Positions 1 to 9,407 of a stretch of 64,000 nucleotides of DNA are shown here, in pieces. The notes under the pieces are model-generated. The model had not been told where the DNA came from and made no database searches. It was given only the letters and a program-made list of their open reading frames with translations. Positions within the stretch are counted from its first letter, which is position 1; each line of letters begins with the position of its first letter. Origin of the DNA: an uncultured Chloroflexia bacterium (lineage in GTDB: Bacteria > Chloroflexota > Limnocylindria > QHBO01); the NCBI GenBank assembly GCA_963699235.1, contig OY969424.1, forward strand, positions 1,529,103 through 1,593,102, written 5' to 3'. The position numbers were made by a program, and so were the translations under genes.

Positions 1-106
1 GGCGAGACCTAGAGCCGGGTTTCGCCGGGCCGGTGCAGCACGTGGCCCGGGTGTCACTACCCGGGCCACGAAAGCCGTTCGCGGGCTGGCGCCCGCCGGA
101 GATGGG

Positions 107-544
107 CTAGGAGGAGGCCGGCTCGCCCTCGCAGCCGAGGCCGTCACGCATCTCGTCATAGGCGCTCTGGACCTCCGTCACGCCGGATCCGATCTCGCCG
201 ATGGCATCGGCAACCGGGATGTCGGTCGAGAAGTCGCCGATCTGCGACGACAGGTCACTCCATGCCGCCTCGACGGCAGCCTCGTCGGCTTCGTCAACGG
301 CGGCGGCAGCGGTCTGAACCTCGCCCCACGCCTCATCTGCCGATGTAGCAGCGGCCTGGATGTCCTCGACCGAATCGGTCGTCGGATCGACGTCGCCGAT
401 GGCCCGGACGCTGTCCGCGAAAGCCGCGAGGCTGTCGCAGAGGGCCTGCTCGGCCGTGGGCTGATCGGAGGCGGGGCTACACGCCGCCACGACTCCAATG
501 ATGAGAGCGGCGCCGGCGAGGCGCCAGGTTGGTCGGTTTCGCAC
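107..544 (-). CDS. small acidic lipoprotein, hypothetical
   Basis: GTG start at 544 preceded by a GGAGGG SD. N-terminus has an Arg n-region, hydrophobic core and lipobox VAAC|S. The long ORF 107..853 extends beyond a plausible start. Confidence 0.55.
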   Translation of the reverse strand: MRNRPTWRLAGAALIIGVVAACSPASDQPTAEQALCDSLAAFADSVRAIGDVDPTTDSVEDIQAAATSADEAWGEVQTAAAAVDEADEAAVEAAWSDLSSQIGDFSTDIPVADAIGEIGSGVTEVQSAYDEMRDGLGCEGEPASS

Positions 545-733
545 GCGGGGTCCCTCCTGGAATTTCGGGAATCGGATGTGATCCCCTGAAGCGCGGAATC
601 GTAACAGGGAACGCGCCGGTCGCCACAAAAGTGGCCTCCGCTCGTCATCAGGTCGCAGGGATCGGCTGGTACACTCGGCGGCAGCCACCAAAGGGCCGGG
701 CCGCCCAACTGGCCCATGCGAGGAGAGACCTAC

Positions 734-1099
734 ATGTCGTTTGGGGAATTCCTGTGGGGGATGGTGATCTTCTTCTTCTGGGTGATGTACATCTGGATGT
801 TCATCGCGATCTTCGGGGACATCTTCCGCCGCGATGACATCAGCGGGTGGCACAAGGCCGGGTGGATCTTCCTGATCTTCTTCGTGCCATTGCTTGGCAT
901 CCTGCTGTACCTGGTCGTTCGTCCGAAGATGACGGCGCAGGACCAGGCCATGATCGAAGCCGCCCAGGTACGCGAGCAGCGAATGACCGGCTACTCCCCG
1001 TCGGAGGAGATCGAGAAGGCCAAGAAGCTGCTCGACTCCGGCGCGATCACCGCCGAGGAGTTCGACGCGATGAAGAAGAAGGCGATGATGGCGGTCTGA
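734..1099 (+). CDS. PLD nuclease N-terminal (PLDc_N) membrane domain protein with C-terminal SHOCT domain
   Basis: AGGAGA SD before the ATG at 734. Two TM helices with the GDIFRRDD...W...PLLGILLYL pattern of PLDc_N. The C-terminal EEIEKAKKLLDSGAITAEEFDAMKKK is SHOCT-like. Confidence 0.7.
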   Translation: MSFGEFLWGMVIFFFWVMYIWMFIAIFGDIFRRDDISGWHKAGWIFLIFFVPLLGILLYLVVRPKMTAQDQAMIEAAQVREQRMTGYSPSEEIEKAKKLLDSGAITAEEFDAMKKKAMMAV

Positions 1100-1120
1100 C
1101 CGTCATCGGCTGATGACCTG

Positions 1121-1153
1121 GCCGCCGGGAGCATGCTCCCGGCGGTTCGCTTT
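1121..1153 (+). terminator. rho-independent terminator (GCCGCCGGGAGC-ATG-CTCCCGGCGG hairpin followed by TTCGCTTTTCGGG)
   Basis: Perfect 11-bp inverted repeat followed by a T-rich run, directly after the stop codon of the 734..1099 gene. Confidence 0.65.
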
Positions 1154-1230
1154 TCGGGATGCGTCCCAGCGTCGGCATAATGGCCGCCATGCCCCCCGCA
1201 TCCGCCGTCGAGGCTGGCGCCCCGAAGGAC

Positions 1231-2151
1231 ATGGCATGGATTCCCGGTGGGACCTTCCTCATGGGCTCGGAGGATTTCTACCCTGAGGAACGGCCGGTCC
1301 ATCGGGTGACGGTGGACGGGTTCTGGATGGACGAGCACGAGGTGACGGTCGCCGAATTCCGGCGCTTCGTGAAAGCCACCGGCTACCAGACCGTCGCGGA
1401 ACGGCCGTTGGATCCCGCCCACTACCCGGATGCCGATCCCGACCTGCTCGTCCCCGGATCACTCGTCTTCCATCGGAGCCCGAGTCCCGTCAACCTCGAC
1501 GACTACCGCAACTGGTGGAGCTGGGTACCTGGCGCGAGCTGGATGCGCCCCGACGGCCCCGGGTCGAACCTGTCCGGCCGCGACCGACATCCGGTGACCC
1601 ATGTCGCGGCCGAAGATGTCGATGCCTACGCCGCCTGGGCCGGGAAGGCGCTGCCGACGGAGGCGGAGTGGGAGTTCGCCGCTCGCGGCGGACTGGAGCA
1701 GGCCGTTTTCACCTGGGGCGACGAGTTCGCGCCCCGGGGACGGATGATGGCCAACACCTGGCAGGGCGAATTCCCCTGGCAGAACCTCCTCACCGACCAA
1801 CATGAGGGCACCTCGCCGGTGAAGTCGTTCCCACCGAACGGCTTTGACCTGTACGACATGGCCGGCAACGTCTGGGAATGGACCGACGACTTCTTTACTC
1901 CCGGGCACGTCGGTGAGGTGGAGCATGCCTGCTGCGTCCCCACCAATCCGCGTGTCGTGTCGCCGGTCATGAGCTACAACGTCGGCGGTCCGGGAGAACG
2001 GTTCCCCCGCCGGGTCGTCAAGGGCGGCTCTCACCTGTGCGCCCCGAACTACTGCCTTCGCTACCGGCCGGCTGCCCGACAGGCGCAGACGATCGAGACC
2101 TCGATGGGGCACCTCGGCTTCCGCTGCATCGTGCGGCCTGCCGGAGAATGA
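1231..2151 (+). CDS. formylglycine-generating enzyme (FGE/SUMF1 family)
   Basis: WIPGGTFLMGSEDFYPEERP...HRVTVDGFW...GNVWEWT motifs. Start placed at the ATG with GAAGGA SD (MAWIPGG). The ORF-track start at 1159 abuts the upstream terminator. Confidence 0.85.
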   Translation: MAWIPGGTFLMGSEDFYPEERPVHRVTVDGFWMDEHEVTVAEFRRFVKATGYQTVAERPLDPAHYPDADPDLLVPGSLVFHRSPSPVNLDDYRNWWSWVPGASWMRPDGPGSNLSGRDRHPVTHVAAEDVDAYAAWAGKALPTEAEWEFAARGGLEQAVFTWGDEFAPRGRMMANTWQGEFPWQNLLTDQHEGTSPVKSFPPNGFDLYDMAGNVWEWTDDFFTPGHVGEVEHACCVPTNPRVVSPVMSYNVGGPGERFPRRVVKGGSHLCAPNYCLRYRPAARQAQTIETSMGHLGFRCIVRPAGE

Positions 2152-2215
2152 GTCCGCGCGTGTGCCGTAGGATTTCCATCCCGGCAAGCCCGCCGCCTGC
2201 CCGACAGCAAAGAGC

Positions 2216-4576
2216 ATGATGCCCGACGATCTCGATCGAACCGTCCTCCCCATCCCTGACAAGCCATTCTTGGGCAACGTTCCCATCGACGCCAAGGATC
2301 CTGCCGCAACGTTTCCGCCTATCGAGCCGCTTCGACCGCCGGCCGGCGCGCCAAACGTCCTGATCGTCCTCATCGACGACACCGGTTTCGGCGCATCGAG
2401 CGCCTTCGGCGGTCCGGTGGCCACACCCACCGCCGAGCGGCTGGCCAGCAATGGCCTGAAGTTCAATCGATTCCATACCACGGCCCTCTGCTCCCCCACC
2501 CGGCAGGCGCTCCTCACCGGACGGAATCACCATTCGGTCGGGATGGGCGGCATCACCGAGATCGCGACCTCGGCTCCCGGCTACAACTCCATCAGGCCCA
2601 ACACGAAGGCGCCGCTGGCGGAGACGCTGAAGCTGAACGGCTACGCGACCGCCCAGTTCGGTAAGTGCCACGAGGTGCCCGTGTGGGAGACAAGTCCCAT
2701 GGGCCCGTTCAGCGCCTGGCCCACCGGATCAGGGTTCGAGCACTTCTACGGATTCATCGGCGGTGAGACGAATCAGTACGCGCCGGCCATCTACCAGGAC
2801 ACCGTCCCGATCGAGCCGGACCGGACGCCCGAGGAGGGCTACCACTTCACCGAGGACATGACCGATCACGCCATCGACTGGGTCCGCCAACAGAAGGCGC
2901 TGATGCCGGACAAACCGTTCTTCGTCTATTACGCACCGGGTGCGACCCATGCGCCGCACCACGTGCCGATCGAATGGTCCAACAAGTACAGGGGCCGGTT
3001 CGACGACGGATGGGACGCATTGCGCGAGCGGACCATCGCCCGTCAGAAGGAGCTGGGGATCATCCCGCCCGATGCGGAGCTGACCGCGCGCCCGGCTGAG
3101 ATCCCGGCCTGGGACGACATGGCCGATGAGCTGAAACCCGTGCTGGCACGCCAGATGGAGGTCTATGCCGGCTTCCTGGAACACACCGACCATCACGTCG
3201 GCCGACTGGTGGACGCCCTCGCCGACCTCGAGGTACTGGACGACACGCTGATCTACTACATGATCGGCGACAACGGAGCATCGGCCGAGGGCACGCCTCA
3301 GGGCTGTTTCAACGAGCTCGCTGTGCTCAACGGTGCGGCAGGGCTGGAGACGGCCGAATTCATGGCATCCCGGATCGACGACTTCGGCACCCCGGCCGCG
3401 TACAACCACTATGCCGTTGGCTGGGCTCATGCCATGGACACGCCATACCAGTGGACAAAGCAGGTTGCCTCGCACTGGGGCGGCACCCGGAACGGGACGG
3501 TCGTGCATTGGCCGAAGGGGATCGCCGCCGGCGGCGAGATCCGGCCACAGTTCCATCACGTCATCGATATCGCCCCCACCGTCCTGGAAGCCGCCAATCT
3601 GCCCGCCCCGTCGAGTGTCAACGGCGTCCCCCAGGCACCGCTCGAGGGCGTTTCGATGTCGTACTCGTTCGACGATGCAGGCGCGGCGGACCGCCACACG
3701 GTTCAGTATTTCGAGATGTTCTGCAACCGCGGCATCTACCACGAGGGCTGGACCGCCGTGACCCGGCACAGCATCCCGTGGGTCGCCACCGAGATGCCGG
3801 CCCTGGACGCCGATGACTGGGAGCTCTACCGGCCGGACGACTGGACGCAGACCCACGACGTCGCAGAAGAGATGCCTGACAAGCTCCATGAGCTGCAGGA
3901 GCTGTTCCTGGTTGAGGCGCGGAAGTACAACGTCCTCCCCCTTGACGACCGCCGCTTCGAGCGGTTCAACCCCGACATGGCCGGGCGGCCGCAGCTCGTC
4001 CGCGGGAACTCACAGGTCCTGTTCGGCGGCATGGGCCGCCTGACCGAGAACTCCGTGGTGCCGATGAAGAACAAGTCCCATGCGATCACGGCCGAAATCG
4101 ATGTGCCGGAAGGAGGCGCGAGTGGCGTCATCCTGTCCCAGGGAGGGGCGTTCGGCGGCTTCAGCCTGTACGCCCACCAGGGCAAGCCGGCCTATTGCTA
4201 CAACTACTACGGCCTCGAGCACTCCAAAGTCTATGGCTCGGATCCGATCCCGGCCGGCCGTCACCAGGTCCGGATGGAGTTCACCTACGACGGCGGCGGC
4301 CTGGGCAAAGGCGGCACGGCCGCGCTATTCCTCGATGGCGAGCCCGTCGGCGACGGCCGGGTCGAGGCGACGGTGCCGATGCTCTTCTCAACCGACGAGA
4401 CGACCGATGTCGGGGAAGACAGCGCTACCCCCGTCAGCGATGACTATGGCCCGAAGGACAGCCACTTCACCGGCCGCGTGCACTGGGTCCAGCTCGACAT
4501 CGACCAAGCGGCAGAGGACCTCGATCACCTGATCACCCCCGAAGAGCGGCTCCGAATCGCGATGGCGCGCCAGTAG
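2216..4576 (+). CDS. arylsulfatase (type I sulfatase with C-terminal extension)
   Basis: LIVLIDDTGFG and the CSPTRQALLTGR (C-x-P-x-R) FGly-modification signature. Sits directly downstream of the FGE gene. Confidence 0.9.
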   Translation: MMPDDLDRTVLPIPDKPFLGNVPIDAKDPAATFPPIEPLRPPAGAPNVLIVLIDDTGFGASSAFGGPVATPTAERLASNGLKFNRFHTTALCSPTRQALLTGRNHHSVGMGGITEIATSAPGYNSIRPNTKAPLAETLKLNGYATAQFGKCHEVPVWETSPMGPFSAWPTGSGFEHFYGFIGGETNQYAPAIYQDTVPIEPDRTPEEGYHFTEDMTDHAIDWVRQQKALMPDKPFFVYYAPGATHAPHHVPIEWSNKYRGRFDDGWDALRERTIARQKELGIIPPDAELTARPAEIPAWDDMADELKPVLARQMEVYAGFLEHTDHHVGRLVDALADLEVLDDTLIYYMIGDNGASAEGTPQGCFNELAVLNGAAGLETAEFMASRIDDFGTPAAYNHYAVGWAHAMDTPYQWTKQVASHWGGTRNGTVVHWPKGIAAGGEIRPQFHHVIDIAPTVLEAANLPAPSSVNGVPQAPLEGVSMSYSFDDAGAADRHTVQYFEMFCNRGIYHEGWTAVTRHSIPWVATEMPALDADDWELYRPDDWTQTHDVAEEMPDKLHELQELFLVEARKYNVLPLDDRRFERFNPDMAGRPQLVRGNSQVLFGGMGRLTENSVVPMKNKSHAITAEIDVPEGGASGVILSQGGAFGGFSLYAHQGKPAYCYNYYGLEHSKVYGSDPIPAGRHQVRMEFTYDGGGLGKGGTAALFLDGEPVGDGRVEATVPMLFSTDETTDVGEDSATPVSDDYGPKDSHFTGRVHWVQLDIDQAAEDLDHLITPEERLRIAMARQ

Positions 4577-4610
4577 CCTGCAGGCACCGCGGCGCGAGCT
4601 TTCGGAGCGG

Positions 4611-5048
4611 CTAGGGGCCCTCGCCGAAGAACACGGCTGCCCAGCGCTCGAGCATCGGCGGGTCCTTCGGAGCGGCGGCCTCGCCGCCCGCGGGGGCCGG
4701 GATGGTTGCGCCGGGCGGGATGATGAGGACCTGCTCACCGGGGTAGCCGAGGTTCCGCAGCCGGCGCGCCTCGACCGTCACGTAGGCGTCGCTCTGGAGG
4801 TACTCCAGCTGGCGCTGGAGCGCCGCGTTCTCGGCCTCGGCGGCGGCGACTTGCTCCGCCAGCGAATCGGCCTGCTCCCCGACCGACCAGCCGAGGAACG
4901 CCTGGCGGCCGACATTGAACGCGATGAGCACGACGACCGCCACAGCAATGAGCACGACGACCGTGCGCCGTCGAAGGGTGATACGAAGGGTCGGACGCCG
5001 CGCAGGCGGGCGCGCCCGCGTCGCCGCTGTGCCCGGAACGGCGGTCAT
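4611..5048 (-). CDS. septum formation initiator (FtsB/DivIC-like) protein
   Basis: Short cytoplasmic N-terminus, one TM helix and a coiled coil, followed by ARRLRNLGYPGEQVLI. Start taken at the internal ATG (MTAVPG). Confidence 0.55.
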   Translation of the reverse strand: MTAVPGTAATRARPPARRPTLRITLRRRTVVVLIAVAVVVLIAFNVGRQAFLGWSVGEQADSLAEQVAAAEAENAALQRQLEYLQSDAYVTVEARRLRNLGYPGEQVLIIPPGATIPAPAGGEAAAPKDPPMLERWAAVFFGEGP

Positions 5049-5253
5049 GGGGCGGCAGTCTAGGCGCCTCGTTTCGCGAGCGTCAAGGAATACGGGCATC
5101 ACGACGGGAGCGCGGGTTACCTCCAGCGCCCAGATCGGCTACATTTGGGCTTCGGCGCAGTTGCCCCATGCCCGTACGCGGCGCTGGAGTTGACCGTCAG
5201 CCGCCAGCCAAGCCGCCATTGCCGCGTCCGCGGCGAAAGAAAGGAACCGCGCT

Positions 5254-5697
5254 ATGGGAATCGGTCCCGTTCAGTACATGATCGTTGCGTTCCCGGGCAA
5301 CCAGTTCAAAGGTGAGATCGCTCCGGCCCTCGAGGAGCTGGTCCAATCGGGAACGATCCGGATCATCGACCTCGCCTTCGTCATCAAGGCGGAGGACGGC
5401 AGCATGGCCGGCGTCGAGCTCGAAGATGCCGGCTCCGACGTGTTCAAGGCATTCGAGTCACTCGCCGGCGAGCGCGGAGGCTTCGTGAGCGAAGAGGATC
5501 TCCAGGCGGTCGCGGGCGCCCTCGAGCCGAACTCGGCCGCGGCCATCCTCGTGTGGGAGGACGTCTGGGCAACCCGGCTGGCGGATGCCATCGCCAACGC
5601 CGACGGCCAGCTCATCGACATCCAGCGCGTACCCCGCGAGCTCGTCCAAGAGGCTGTCGCGTGGGCCGAGGAGAATCGCGCCGCGACCAGCGCCTGA
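5254..5697 (+). CDS. DUF6325-like hypothetical protein
   Basis: MGIGPVQYMIVAFPGNQFKGEI... N-terminal pattern; AAGGAA SD upstream. Family assignment is from memory. Confidence 0.6.
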   Translation: MGIGPVQYMIVAFPGNQFKGEIAPALEELVQSGTIRIIDLAFVIKAEDGSMAGVELEDAGSDVFKAFESLAGERGGFVSEEDLQAVAGALEPNSAAAILVWEDVWATRLADAIANADGQLIDIQRVPRELVQEAVAWAEENRAATSA

Positions 5698-5744
5698 AGC
5701 AACCACGACCCTGATCTACGGCAAGCTTCCACGAATCTAGGAGA

Positions 5745-6041
5745 TTGATGATGCGACGACGTCGAGGCGGAATTGTCCGCATGGCAGCCACGACCGCGGT
5801 GGTCGCGGGGACGGCCGGAGCCGTCCGCCACCACCAGGAGCAGAAGTACGCGTCCCAGGACCAGCAGCAGTACGCGGAGCAGCAGGCGGCGGCACAGGCT
5901 CAGGCGGCCCCCGCCGCCCCGGCGGCCCCAGCGGAGGACGCCCAGATGGCCGAGCTCCAGAAGCTCGCCACGCTCCATACGCAAGGCGTCCTCACCGATG
6001 AGGAGTTCGCCGCGGCCAAGGCCAAGGTGCTCGGCATCTAG
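5745..6041 (+). CDS. SHOCT domain-containing protein
   Basis: AGGAG SD. Low-complexity Q/A-rich middle. C-terminal ELQKLATLHTQGVLTDEEFAAAKAKVLGI is a SHOCT motif. Confidence 0.65.
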   Translation: MMMRRRRGGIVRMAATTAVVAGTAGAVRHHQEQKYASQDQQQYAEQQAAAQAQAAPAAPAAPAEDAQMAELQKLATLHTQGVLTDEEFAAAKAKVLGI

Positions 6042-6061
6042 GACACTCGTCACCGCGTCAC

Positions 6062-6087
6062 AAGCCCGGGCACTTCGCCCGGGCTTT
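6062..6087 (+). terminator. hairpin terminator AAGCCCGGGC-ACTTC-GCCCGGGCTT between convergent genes
   Basis: Perfect 10-bp inverted repeat followed by TTTGTG. Lies between the SHOCT gene (+) and the antiporter gene (-). Confidence 0.5.
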
Positions 6088-6090
6088 GTG

Positions 6091-7404
6091 CTACCCGGTC
6101 TCCGATCGGGATACGAATGCGCCGCCCCGAGGTCGGACAGGGGTGACCGGAGCGCCTTCCATCAGATCAGGGGACTCGGCCGAAGCCCGGGCAAACCACG
6201 CTCCGTATCGGCCGGCCAGCGGCCACGCGCTCATCCCGTGGCCAACGACGCTGAGCACCACGGTAATCGCAACCGTCACGGTGATGTCCACCGCGGCTGG
6301 CTTCTCGGCCAGCTCCTCGAGCACGATGACGGCGAACACGATACTGGCCAGGCCTCGCGGTCCGAACCACCCAATGAAGGCAACCGTCGGCGCCCGCGCC
6401 CGGCTCCCAATGAGCGACACGGCGACCGGCAGCATCCGGATCACCGTCAGGCTGAGCAGCGCGTAGACCAGGTGCTCTGCCCGGATCTCCGACAGGAGCG
6501 GAACGAGGACGCCGGCGCCGAAGGCGAGGAAGGTCCCGGCCGCGAGGAGCCCCCCGATCACCTCCAGCAGCTCGTTCGGACGCCCCTCGGCTGCTTCCAG
6601 GTCGTTGTCCGCCTTCGCGGCTCGACGGGAGACGATGCCGAACACCGCTCCTCCAACGAACGCGGCGATGAAACCGCTGCCGCCGAGCGAGACCGCCGCC
6701 GCGTACGCACCCACTGCGGTGGCCAGCGGGATCACCTGGGCCCAGGCCTCCTCGGTCGTTCCGGAGCGGCGACCGATCCGGGCCGCGGCGGCGCCGAGGG
6801 CTCCGATCACGAACCCGGCCGCGATCCCGAAGCCGAGCTGCTCGACGAGCGTCGCCAGGGCATCGGCGACGGTCACGGCCTCCCCCTCGGCCAGCGCGAG
6901 CGCGACGGCCGTGAAGAGCAGCGGGACACAGATTCCGTCGTTGAGCCCGCTTTCGACATTCAGCGCCTGGCGAATGCGGGCCGGGACTCGCTTGTCCAGG
7001 ACGACCGGGAGCCCGAGGGCGGCGTCGGTCGGCGCCAGGCACACGGCGAGGACAAGAGCTTCTGCGACCAGCAGTCCGGGGAAGAGCGGAATCGCGACGA
7101 CGGTTCCGAGGGCAATGGTCAGGACGAGCCCAATGCCCAACAGCCGGGCAGGGATCTTCCATCCGGCACGGATCTGGCCGAGGCGAATGCTCGAGGCGTC
7201 CGCGAAGAGGACGACCGTGAGGGTCACCTCGGCCAGGGTGCGCAGCGGCAGATCTCCCGGTTCGAGTGGGAGCACGCCAAGCCAGCCGAGTATCGCGCCG
7301 ATCCCGAGGAAGTAGATCGGTGCACTCAGGACCGATGCGGACAGCCGGCGCGAGAGGACGGCATAGACCAGAAACACGCCAGCCACGGCCAGCAGCCAGG
7401 TCAT
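6091..7404 (-). CDS. cation:proton antiporter, CPA1/NhaP-type Na+/H+ exchanger
   Basis: 437 aa, polytopic membrane protein with the typical exchanger pattern (ESGLNDG..., TDAALGLPV). Confidence 0.85.
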   Translation of the reverse strand: MTWLLAVAGVFLVYAVLSRRLSASVLSAPIYFLGIGAILGWLGVLPLEPGDLPLRTLAEVTLTVVLFADASSIRLGQIRAGWKIPARLLGIGLVLTIALGTVVAIPLFPGLLVAEALVLAVCLAPTDAALGLPVVLDKRVPARIRQALNVESGLNDGICVPLLFTAVALALAEGEAVTVADALATLVEQLGFGIAAGFVIGALGAAAARIGRRSGTTEEAWAQVIPLATAVGAYAAAVSLGGSGFIAAFVGGAVFGIVSRRAAKADNDLEAAEGRPNELLEVIGGLLAAGTFLAFGAGVLVPLLSEIRAEHLVYALLSLTVIRMLPVAVSLIGSRARAPTVAFIGWFGPRGLASIVFAVIVLEELAEKPAAVDITVTVAITVVLSVVGHGMSAWPLAGRYGAWFARASAESPDLMEGAPVTPVRPRGGAFVSRSETG

Positions 7405-7458
7405 GACGGGATCCCCGAGGCGTGTGGCGTGGCGGCCCGGGGCACGGCGGTCACGGCG

Positions 7459-9048
7459 TCAGGTCGTACCGCGGTCCTTGAGGATCTGGCCCGCGGCCAG
7501 GCGGCCGGGGGCGCCCATCACGCAGCCGCCGGGGTGGGTGCCGGAGCCGCACTGGTAGTAGCCGTGGATCGGGGTCCGGTACTGGGCCCAGCCGGGCGCC
7601 GGGCGGAGGAAGAACAGCTGGGGCGCGAACAGCTCGCCAGCGAAGATGTTCCCCTCGCTCAGCCCGACCGTCCGCTCGATGTCCAGCGGGGTGACGATCT
7701 CCCGCTGGAGGACGAGGTCACCGAATCCGGGGAAGTACGACTCCAGGGTGGCCTGCACGATGTCGCCCAGCTTCTCGCGCTCGGTGTCCCAGTCGCTCTC
7801 GCGAAGGTGGTACGGGGTGTACTGGACGAAGCACGACATGACGTGCTTGCCCGGCGGCGCCATGTCGGGGTCGATCGTGGACTGGATCGCACCGTCGATG
7901 TACGGGGTCTGGCTGTACCAGCCGTACTTCGCGTCGTCGAAGGCCCGCTCGAGATAGTCCATTGATGGACCGATGTTCAGGAAGCCCCGGAACATCTCCC
8001 CCTGCCGGTCCGCCAGGGTGGGGTACGTGGGCAGGCCATCGAGGGCGAAGTTGACCTTGGATGACGTGCCCTGGAACTTCATCCGGCCGATGTCCTCGAC
8101 CAGGTCGTCGGGCAGCTCGCGCGGCTCGACCAGCTCGAGGAACGTGCGGCGCGGATCGAGGGCGCTGACAACGACGTCGGCGTGGAACTCGGTCCCATCG
8201 GCCAGGGCCACCCCGGTGGCCCGTCCCCCATCGGTCAGGACCGCCGTCACCGGCGACTCGAGCTGGATCTCGGCGCCGAAGGCCTGCGCTGCCCGAGCCA
8301 GGACCTGTGTGAAGCCGCCGTTGCCGCCCTTGTGGAAGGCCCACGTCCCGAACGACCCGTCGTGCTCCCCGAGGGAGTGGAACAGGAGCACCATCCCCGA
8401 GCCCGCCGATCGGGGACCGACCTTGGAGCCGATGATCCCCGACGAGGCGAGCCATCCCTTGAGGAGGTCGGACTCGAAGTAGTCGTCAAGGAAGTCGGCC
8501 GCGCTGCCGGTCATGAGCCGGATCGCGTTGTGAAACGTGCGCTTGTCCAGCTTTCGGAAGCGCGACCCGAGACCGGCCAGCGCGAGAAGCTCCTCGGGGT
8601 CGTCACTGAACGGGTCGGGCGGGACCATGTCGAACAGGGGCTTGATGGCCTGGCAGACGCGGTCCATGTCGTGGCCGTACTGCTCGTAGGCATCGGCGTC
8701 ATGGGGCGAGATCCGGGCGATCTCACGCAGGTTCTCGTCATGGTCCTGGGTGAACCACAGGTACTCGCCGTCGGGGGTTGGCGCGAACTTCGAGGACATC
8801 AGGAGCGGGAGGAAGCCGTGCCTGGTCAGCTCCAGCTCCTGGATGATCTGCGGCCGGAGCAGGGACAGGGCGTAGGAGAAGGTCGTGAACCAGAAGCCGG
8901 GTCGGAGCTCCTCGGTGATGGCCGCGCCGCCCACGAGGTGGCGCCGCTCGAGGATGAGCGTCTTCAGTCCGCCGCGCGCCAGGTAGGCGCCGTTGACCAG
9001 GCCGTTGTGGCCGCCGCCGACGACGATCGCGTCGTATCGGTCCGTCAC
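7459..9048 (-). CDS. phytoene desaturase (CrtI)/amine-oxidase-family FAD-dependent oxidoreductase
   Basis: YDAIVVGGGHNGLVNGAYLARGG dinucleotide-binding motif. GTG start at 9048 overlaps the TGA of the upstream gene (GTGA). Confidence 0.8.
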   Translation of the reverse strand: MTDRYDAIVVGGGHNGLVNGAYLARGGLKTLILERRHLVGGAAITEELRPGFWFTTFSYALSLLRPQIIQELELTRHGFLPLLMSSKFAPTPDGEYLWFTQDHDENLREIARISPHDADAYEQYGHDMDRVCQAIKPLFDMVPPDPFSDDPEELLALAGLGSRFRKLDKRTFHNAIRLMTGSAADFLDDYFESDLLKGWLASSGIIGSKVGPRSAGSGMVLLFHSLGEHDGSFGTWAFHKGGNGGFTQVLARAAQAFGAEIQLESPVTAVLTDGGRATGVALADGTEFHADVVVSALDPRRTFLELVEPRELPDDLVEDIGRMKFQGTSSKVNFALDGLPTYPTLADRQGEMFRGFLNIGPSMDYLERAFDDAKYGWYSQTPYIDGAIQSTIDPDMAPPGKHVMSCFVQYTPYHLRESDWDTEREKLGDIVQATLESYFPGFGDLVLQREIVTPLDIERTVGLSEGNIFAGELFAPQLFFLRPAPGWAQYRTPIHGYYQCGSGTHPGGCVMGAPGRLAAGQILKDRGTT

Positions 9049-9407
9049 TGAGCCACCCAGGTCTTGGCATCTGCAAGGTCGTCCATCTCGAAGGTCTTCA
9101 CCTCGCCCGGGATGGCGAACCCGAAGGTCTTGATCAGGCCCCGGATGTGCTCGTGATCGGTGACCACCGCGACGCGCTCCCAGGCCTTGACCTTGCCCAG
9201 GCCCAGCTGGGCGTCCTGCCACATGGCGCTCGATTCGAAGCCGTCGAAGGCGGGGCCCAACACGAACAGGACGCGGAGGGTCTCATTCCGTTCGAGGTGT
9301 GCCTCCACCGCTGGCACGAGGATGTCGCGATAGTCCGCGCCGATCACCGTGCCACTCGCTTCCGCACCGAGGACGTTGGGCGGCAGGTCGGAGAGGATCG
9401 TGATCAT
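9045..9407 (-). CDS. SpoIIAA-like/STAS-fold (DUF3478-type) protein
   Basis: 120 aa, MITILSDLPPNVLGAEASGTV... ATG at 9407 preceded by GGAGGA and overlapping the upstream stop (ATGA). Confidence 0.6.
   Translation of the reverse strand: MITILSDLPPNVLGAEASGTVIGADYRDILVPAVEAHLERNETLRVLFVLGPAFDGFESSAMWQDAQLGLGKVKAWERVAVVTDHEHIRGLIKTFGFAIPGEVKTFEMDDLADAKTWVAQ

Noticed and set aside
1159-1230. ORF-track start of the FGE gene at 1159
   Set aside because: It would begin immediately after the upstream terminator with no SD. The ATG at 1231 has a GAAGGA SD and matches the usual FGE N-terminus.
5773-7965. 730-aa ORF on the + strand, antisense to the Na+/H+ antiporter and oxidoreductase genes
   Set aside because: Arg/Pro/Gly-rich low-complexity translation typical of antisense frames in ~70% GC DNA. 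No start context. Overlaps well-supported genes.
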